From: Reclinomonas americana ATCC 50394
Lineage: Eukaryota
Assembly: GCA_048213135.1 (NCBI GenBank)
Contig: PS015545.1
Coordinates: 41,465 to 80,159 of the forward strand
Reading direction: 5' to 3'
DNA length: 38,695 nucleotides
A model generated the notes under the pieces. The model did no database searches. It worked only from the letters and a program-made list of their open reading frames with translations, and was not told the DNA's origin. This document shows positions 1 through 9,000 of the stretch, piece by piece (within the stretch, counting starts at the first letter, position 1; each line of letters starts with the position of its first letter). The position numbers were made by a program, and so were the translations under genes.

Positions 1-3000
1 CCCTGCTGGCCCGAAGGGAACCGACGGCAAGGTCTGACGATTTTTATGGTGGCTTTTGTTGGTGTGGTTGCTCACTCGCGTGTCTGCTCTTGCCTAGCCT
101 GGTCCCGCCGGTCCCAAGGGAACTGACGGCAAGGTCTGATCTGTGTTTTCTCATTACAAGTGCTGTTGCGTGTTGCGCTGGCCAACTTGTTGTCGCCGTT
201 TCACACAGCCTGGTCGTGATGGCAAGGACGGCAAGGACGGCAAGGTGAGACGTTTACAGTCTGCTATGCGATCGATCGTGCACTTTCTTTGAGAGGCGCA
301 CTCACGGTTTTACATCCATGCAGCCTGGCCCTGCGGGTCCCAAGGGAGTTGACGGCAAGGTCTGATTCGAGTTCACTGTATTTCAATTACATGTAGCGTT
401 TGCCAACCTGCTATTGCCCTGTTACGTAGCCTGGTCCCAAGGGAACTGACGGCAAGGACGGCAAGGTTCGGCAGTCTGTGTGTGCTATCGAACTTGCACT
501 TACTTTGAGGAGCTGACTCACGCTTTCACATCCATGCAGCCTGGCCCTGCTGGTCCCAAGGGAACTGACGGCAAGGTATGCCGTCTCACAACTGTTTGCA
601 TACCCGGTTCTGCAGTGTTTACATTTGGTCTTCCTCGCCTGCGNNNNNNNNNNNNNNNNNNNNNNNNNNNNNNNNNNNNNNNNNNNNNNNNNNNNNNNNN
701 NNNNNNNNNNNNNNNNNNNNNNNNNNNNNNNNNNNNNNNNNNNNNNNNNNNNNNNNNNNNNNNNNNNNNNNNNNNNNNNNNNNNNNNNNNNNNNNNNNNN
801 NNNNNNNNNNNNNNNNNNNNNNNNNNNNNNNNNNNNNNNNNNNNNNNNNNNNNNNNNNNNNNNNNNNNNNNNNNNNNNNNNNNNNNNNNNNNNNNNNNNN
901 NNNNNNNNNNNNNNNNNNNNNNNNNNNNNNNNNNNNNNNNNNNNNNNNNNNNNNNNNNNNNNNNNNNNNNNNNNNNNNNNNNNNNNNNNNNNNNNNNNNN
1001 NNNNNNNNNNNNNNNNNNNNNNNNNNNNNNNNNNNNNNNNNNNNNNNNNNNNNNNNNNNNNNNNNNNNNNNNNNNNNNNNNNNNNNNNNNNNNNNNNNNN
1101 NNNNNNNNNNNNNNNNNNNNNNNNNNNNNNNNNNNNNNNNNNNNNNNNNNNNNNNNNNNNNNNNNNNNNNNNNNNNNNNNNNNNNNNNNNNNNNNNAACA
1201 CGCAACAGCACTTGTAATGCGAAGCTAAACACAGATCAGACCTTGCCGTCAGCACCCTTGGGACCAGCGGGACCAGGCTATGCGAGAGCAAAACATGCAA
1301 GTGAGCAAACACACCAAAATAGGTCACTGCACAAGTCGTCAGACCTTGCCGTCAGTTCCCTTCGGGCCAGCAGGGCCAGGCTANNNNNNNNNNNNNNNNN
1401 NNNNNNNNNNNNNNNNNNNNNNNNNNNNNNNNNNNNNNNNNNNNNNNNNNNNNNNNNNNNNNNNNNNNNNNNNNNNNNNNNNNNNNNNNNNNNNNNNNNN
1501 NNNNNNNNNNNNNNNNNNNNNNNNNNNNNNNNNNNNNNNNNNNNNNNNNNNNNNNNNNNNNNNNNNNNNNNNNNNNNNNNNNNNNNNNNNNNNNNNNNNN
1601 NNNNNNNNNNNNNNNNNNNNNNNNNNNNNNNNNNNNNNNNNNNNNNNNNNNNNNNNNNNNNNNNNNNNNNNNNNNNNNNNNNNNNNNNNNNNNNNNNNNN
1701 NNNNNNNNNNNNNNNNNNNNNNNNNNNNNNNNNNNNNNNNNNNNNNNNNNNNNNNNNNNNNNNNNNNNNNNNNNNNNNNNNNNNNNNNNNNNNNNNNNNN
1801 NNNNNNNNNNNNNNNNNNNNNNNNNNNNNNNNNNNNNNNNNNNNNNNNNNNNNNNNNNNNNNNNNNNNNNNNNNNNNNNNNNNNNNNNNNNNNNNNNNNN
1901 NNNNNNNNNNNNNNNNNNNNNNNNNNNNNNNNNNNNNNNNNNNNNNNNNNNNNNNNNNNNNNNNNNNNNNNNNNNNNNNNNNNNNNNNNNNNNNNNNNNN
2001 NNNNNNNNNNNNNNNNNNNNNNNNNNNNNNNNACATCTTGCAAACGTTGTCCATGCATGCTGTTCAGTTCTGGCCGCTGACGCTCGTATCTGTCTCATTG
2101 CAGCCTGGTCCTGCTGGTCCCAAGGGAACTGACGGCAAGGTTAGGCAGTCTGCAAATTTTTTAATGCAAGGTCGCTCATTGAGAAGCTAACGCACGCTTT
2201 CACATCCAAACAGCCTGGTGCTGCTGGCCCTGCTGGTCCGAAGGGACCTGCCGGTCCTGCTGGCCCCAAGGGAACTGACGGCAAGGTCTGATCTTTGTCC
2301 ATCCAAAATGTCGTTCCGTGTTGCGTTTTGCCGACTCGCTATCGTGCAGCCTGGCCCCAAGGGCACTGACGGCAAGGACGGCAAGGTTCGGCAGTCTGCG
2401 TATGGCTATGAACGCGCACTTTCCTAGAGAAGCTGACTCACGGTATCACATCCATGCAGCCTGGTCCTGCTGGCCCCAAGGGAACCGACGGCAAGGTCTG
2501 ATGCTTAACACAATCGTTTGCGTAATTGGCTCTGCTGCTTACATTTGGTCTTCTTCGTCGACGTAGCCTGGCCCTGCTGGCCCGAAGGGAACCGACGGCA
2601 AGGTTTGATCAGTATTTCGCTTCTCGGTACAAGCGTTGTTCAAACAGTGTGTTGCGTTTTACCGACTCGTTGTCCATCTGTCACGCAGCCCGGTCGTGAT
2701 GGCAAGGACGGCAAGGACGGCAAGGTTAGACAGCTCGCTAGAGCTCGCAAGTGCACTCCAATACTCATATTATTTTGATCCATGGTGCAGCCTGGCCCTG
2801 CTGGCCCCAAGGGAACTGACGGCAAGGTTTGATCAGTGTTCTGGCTTCTCGTGACAATTATCGTTACTCGTTGCGTTTTGCCGACTCGTTGTCGTCCCAC
2901 CACGCAGCCTGGCCCCAAGGGAACTGACGGCAAGGACGGCAAGGTTCGGCATTCAGTGAATGCTTTCGATATGAATACAATCTTTGAGAAGCTGACGTAT

Positions 3001-6000
3001 GGTTTCGTTTGCATGCAGCCTGGCGCTCCTGGCCCTGCTGGCCCCAAGGGACCTGCTGGCCCCGCTGGCCCGAAGGGAACTGACGGCAAGGTTCGATCTG
3101 TGTTTCGCTTCTCGTTGTAAGTGTTGTTCAACAGCGTGTTGTGTTTTACCGACACTTTGTCGTCGTTCTGTCACGTAGCCTGGTCGTGATGGCAAGGACG
3201 GCAAGGACGGCAAGGTTAGACAGCTCGTCAGAGCTTGCATGCGCACTGCATTGCTCACATTAGCTTGATTCTGTTGTGTAGGCTGGCCCTGCTGGCCCCA
3301 AGGGAGCTGACGGCAAGGTTCGATCTGTGTTTCACTTTGCGTCACAAGGCCATGGGGCTCTGCTTTTCGCTCACTTGTTGTTGTTCCTCCACACAGCCGG
3401 GCCCCAAGGGTAGTGATGGCAAGGACGGCAAGGTCTGTCATTCAGCGAATGCTTTCGATGGGAATACAATCTTTGAGAGGCTGACACGTGGTTTCGTTTG
3501 CTTACAGCCTGGCGCTCCTGGCCCTGCTGGCCCGAAGGGACCTGCTGGCCCCGCTGGCCCGAAGGGAACTGATGGCAAGGTTCGATCTGTGTTTCGCTTC
3601 TCGCGTGTTGTGTTTTACCGACACTTTGTCGTCGTTCTGTCACGCAGCCTGGTCATGATGGCAAGGACGGCAAGGTAAGACTACTTATCAAAGCCTACAA
3701 CTGCACTCCAATACTTACACGAAGTTGGTTCTGTGGTGCAGGCTGGCCCTGCTGGCCCCAAGGGAGCCGACGGCAAGGTCTGATCTGTGTATTTTTTCAA
3801 GAGTCGCTTTGTGTTGTGTTTACCGACTTGCTGTCATTCTGTCGCACAGCCTGGACATGATGGCAAGGACGGCAAGGTAAGACAGCTTGTGAAAGCCTAC
3901 AGCTGCACTCCAATACTCACATGAAGTTGATTCTGTGGTGCAGGCTGGCCCTGCTGGCCCCAAGGGAGCCGACGGCAAGGAAGGCAAGGTTGGTAGTCTT
4001 ACGATTGTGTTCGACGTGTTCGTTTTTGAAGCTGACACTTGGTTCAATTTTTATAGACTGGTCCTGCTGGTCCCAAGGGAGCCGACGGCAAGGTGTGGCC
4101 TGCGTTCAGATTTCACAGCAGGTGTTCTCGTACGTGAGTTTGACATCTAGTTTCCGTTGTGCGAAATAGCCTGGCCATGATGGCAAGGACGGCAAGGTCA
4201 GGCAGCTCGCCAGAGCTTGTTGCTGTACTCCAGTACTCACGTGAGCTTGATTTGTGGTACAGGCTGGTCCTGCTGGCCCCAAGGGCGCTGATGGCAAGGA
4301 CGGCAAGGTTAGACAGCTCGCCAGAGCTTGCAGGCGCACTATTAGTACTCACATGGGCTTGATTTGTGGTACAGGCTGGTCCTGCTGGCCCAAGGGCGCT
4401 GATGGCAAGGACGGCAAGGTTGCCAGAGCTTGCAGGCGCACTATTAGTACTCACGTGAGCTTGATCTGTGGTACAGGCTGGTCCTGCTGGCCCCAAGGGA
4501 GCTGATGGCAAGGAGGGCAAGGTCTGAAGCTTATCAGTGGCTCGGTAGTGTGATGTTCTCTGAATTCACTCTCTCCTATTTTCTACTGTGTAGACTGGTC
4601 CTGCTGGCCCCAAGGGAGCCGACGGAAAGGTCAGACTACGCCTCAGCTTTCAAGAGGTGTCGTGTTAGTGTTCACCAACGGTTGTCTCTCTACCTCGCAG
4701 CCTGGCCCCAAGGGATCTCACGGCAAGGATGGTAAGGACGGCAAGGACGGCAAGGACGGCAAGGTTTGGCAGCTTGTGAAGGCTCTGGATCCGTGTTTCA
4801 CTCGGAGGCTGATACGAGGTTTTTACCCATGCAGCCTGGTCCTGCCGGTCCCGCTGGCCCCAAGGGAGCTGACGGTAAAGACGGCAAGGATGGGCAGGTG
4901 AGAGATACTGGAGTATGACTGTGCCTGATTATTTTCTGCGATGCCGTATCGGTGCTCACCGTCTCCGATTTCGACATCTAGCCTGGACAAAAGGGAGAGA
5001 AGGGCGACAAGGGAGCTGACGGACTGGTTTGCCGATCGCTGACTCGCTATCGTGTGTTTATATCCATTCTCGTTCTCATCGTGTGCAACAGACGGGACCT
5101 TCTGGACCCTCCGGACCTGCTGGTCCTTCTGGCCCTGCTGGCGAGAAGGGCGAGAAGGGCGATGTGAGTTCACAAACCGCTATGTATGATGCTTGGTTTC
5201 TTCAACCAGCAGTCTCATTCTTCGCGGTTCACAGCTTGGTCCTGCTGGCCCATCCGGCCCGGCTGGCCCTGCTGGCGAGAAGGGAGAGAAGGGCGATGTG
5301 AGTCCTTGTTGGCAAGCTGGTGCTCGAGGCCATGAGTCTCATTCTTTGTATTATGTACAGCTTGGTCCGGCTGGCCCATCTGGCCCATCTGGCCCTGCTG
5401 GCGACAAGGGCGAGAAGGGAGACAAGGGCGATGTGCGTTTGCTGACCAATCTAATGTCGTGCACATCCCGACGTTTTGATCCTCATATGCGCATGCTTTC
5501 ACAGAACGGCGCTCCTGGCGAGAAGGGCGATGTGAGTTCAACGTGGTATTGGGTGACTGTGACATCACCAATCTCATTCTCTGTATTTTGTACAGCTTGG
5601 TCCGGCTGGTCCGTCTGGCCCTGCTGGCGAGAAGGGCGAGAAGGGAGACAAGGGCGATGTGAGTTTGCTGAACAATCTAATGTGGTACACATCCCAACGT
5701 TTTGATCCTCATATGCGCATGCTTTCACAGAACGGCGCTCCTGGCGAGAAGGGCGATGTGAGTTCAACGTGGTACTGGGTGACTGTGACATCACCAATCT
5801 CATTCTCTGTATTATGTACAGCTCGGTCCGGCTGGTCCGTCTGGCCCTGCTGGCGAGAAGGGCGAGAAGGGAGACAAGGGCGATGTGAGTCTGCTCATCG
5901 TGTACGTGCCGTGCACATTCAGACGTTCTCATCTTGACATGCGCGTGGTTTAACCACACAGAACGGTGCTCCTGGCGAGAAGGGCGATGTGAGTTCAACG

Positions 6001-9000
6001 TGGTATTGGGTGACTGTGACATCACCAATCTCATTCTTTGTATTATGTACAGCTTGGTCCGGCTGGTCCGTCTGGTCCTGCTGGCGAGAAGGGAGACAAG
6101 GGAGACAAGGGCGATGTGAGTTGCTGATCAGCCAAACTGTTGTGCACCTCCCAACCTTTGATCCTGACATGAGCGTGCTTTCGTTAGAATGGCGCCCCTG
6201 GCGAGAAGGGAGAGGTGAGCTCGCAAACTCCTGTGCGTTGTGCTAGGTTGCTACAGCTTGCTCATCATTTGCCGTTTGTAGCTTGGTCCGGCTGGCCCAT
6301 CTGGCCCTGCTGGCGAGAAGGGAGAGAAGGGAGATGTGAGTCCTCCTGTGCAGCAGCGTGCTTAGAATGACTACAAAACCATCCATCTCATTCTTCTTCT
6401 GCAAACAGCTTGGCCCGGCTGGCCCATCTGGCCCTGCTGGCGAGAAGGGCGAGAAGGGAGACAAGGGCGACGTGAGTTTGCTGAGCAATCTAATGTTGTG
6501 CATGTGCAGCATTCAGACGTTTTGATCCTGACATGCGCGTGATTGCGTAGAATGGCGCTCCTGGCGAGAAGGGAGAGAAGGGAGATGTAAGTCATCATGA
6601 TGTGAGGGGGCGACTGCAGAACTATCAGTCTTATTCTTCTGTTAACAGCTCGGCCCGGCTGGTCCATCGGGCCCTGCGGGCGAGAAGGGCGAGAAGGGAG
6701 ATGTGCGTTTCATTTTTTACGCTGTGCTCAGCAGCAGTGGCGACAGTTGTTTTCTCACATTCTTCCGTTCACAGCTTGGTCCGGCTGGCCCGTCTGGCCC
6801 ATCTGGCCCTGCTGGCGAGAAGGGCGAGAAGGGAGACAAGGGCGATGTGAGTTCGCTGAACAGTCAAATGTCATGCACGCCCGAACGTTTTGATCCTGAC
6901 ATGCGCGCGTGTTTGCACAGAATGGAACTCCTGGCGAGAAGGGAGAGAAGGGCGATGTGCGTTCCCATTCACAACCTGTTGCTAGGGTGACCAATCTCAC
7001 TCTTCTATGATTTACAGCTTGGTCCTGCCGGCCCGTCTGGCCCTGCGGGCGAGAAGGGCGAGAAGGGAGATGTGCGTTGTTGTTCACACATTCAGGTGAA
7101 CTACAACATCGTTCTCATGTATATTTGATTGCAGCTTGGCCCCTCTGGTCCCGCCGGCCCTGCTGGCGAAAAGGGCGAGAAGGGAGATGTGCGTTACTAA
7201 ACTGCAGTGTGGGACTCTGAATAGACGGCAACATCTGTTCTCATGCGTGTGCGTTTGCAGCTTGGTCCTGCTGGCCCGGCTGGCGAGAAGGGCGAGAAGG
7301 GCGACGTGCGTGGTGCTTTCGTATTGTGCTGCGCAGCGACGATTGTTCTAATGTTTATTCGATATGCAGCTTGGTCCTGCTGGTCCAGGTGGCCCAGCTG
7401 GCGAAAAGGGCGAGAAGGGTGACAAGGGCGATAAGGGCGATGTGCGTTTTCCCTCACATGATTGGTTACGATGATAATTTTGTCTCATGTTAGTGTTTTA
7501 TCGCAGCTTGGTCCTGCCGGCCCTGCTGGCGAGAAAGGAGAGAAGGGAGATGTGCGTCACTTTGTGCAGTGCATTGCTTCGTCGTGATAGTGTATTTGTT
7601 CTCATCGACTTTCTGCATGCAGCTTGGTCCATCTGGCCCTGCTGGCGAGAAGGGAGAAAAGGGAGATGTGCGTTGATCTTGCGGCGGGCTTCTGCACGAT
7701 GACTGCAACAACGGTTCTCACGTTGCTTCTTTATAGCTTGGTCCCGCTGGCCCTGCTGGTCCTATCGGCGAGAAGGGCGAGAAGGGAGATGTGCGTTATT
7801 CACGAACGTGCGGTTGTTTGTTGCCTCGTTGGTAATAGTTCTCACGTGCATTCTCTTTGCAGCTTGGCCCCGCTGGTCCTGGTGGCCCTGCTGGTCCTTC
7901 TGGCGAAAAGGGCGAGAAGGGTGACAAGGGAGACGTGCGTTTATCTTCGTGCATCACAGCGATGATGATAGCGATTGTTCTCATCTTGTGTGCTTGTCCA
8001 CAGCTTGGTCCTGCTGGCCCTGCTGGCGAGAAGGGAGAGAAGGGAGACGTGCGTCACTCTGCAGCGCACTAGTTTACATTGATCTTGGCAATTGTTCTAA
8101 CGTGTATTCTGTGTGCAGCTTGGCCCCGCTGGCCCTGGTGGTCCAGCTGGCGAAAAGGGCGAGAAGGGTGACAAGGGCGACAAGGGCGATGTGAGTTTAT
8201 GTTATGTCCTTACCTTGAGTGACAGTGGTGTCACCAACATTGTCTTGCTGTTTGATTACAGAACGGCGCTCCTGGCGAGAAGGGCGAGAAGGGAGATGTG
8301 CGTTTGTTCATGAACATGTGGTTCTTTTTTGTAGCTTTGCTGGCAACATTTCTTACTTGCATGAGATCGCAGCTTGGCCCCGCTGGTCCTGGCGGCCCGG
8401 CTGGTGAAAAGGGCGAGAAGGGCGACAAGGGTGACAAGGGAGATGTACGTTATTCTTCGCGTCACAGCGAGGATGATACCAGTTGTTCTCATTTTGTTTG
8501 CTTGTCCACAGCTTGGTCCGTCCGGTCCTGCTGGCGAGAAGGGAGAAAAGGGAGATGTGAGTCAATCTTTGCAGTGCAGTACTTTGCAGCGATAGTGGTA
8601 TTTGTTCTCACGTGTATTGTGTTTGCAGCTTGGTCCCGTTGGTCCTGGTGGCCCTGCTGGTGAAAAGGGCGAGAAGGGAGACAAGGGCGACAAGGGCGAT
8701 GTGAGTTTATGTTCTCGCTCTCAGCTTGAGAGTGGCAGTGGTGTCACAAACATTGTCTTCATGCTTGCGTACAGAACGGCGCTCCGGGCGAGAAGGGCGA
8801 GGTTTGTAGTGTTTTCTGGTTTGCTTGTGCTATCTCTTTGTGATCGCTGAAAACCGGGTCCCGCACAGATTGGTCCTGGCGGACCTGCTGGCCCAGCTGG
8901 TCCTTCCGGTCCCGCTGGCGAGAAGGGAGAGAAGGGAGACGTGCGTGCGACTCTTTGTAGTGCAGTACTTTACAGTGACTGTGTGGCGTTTGTTCTCATG

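Noticed and set aside
411-2190. Long ORFs of 200-520 aa in the ORF track
   Set aside because: They are artefacts of reading through N gaps.
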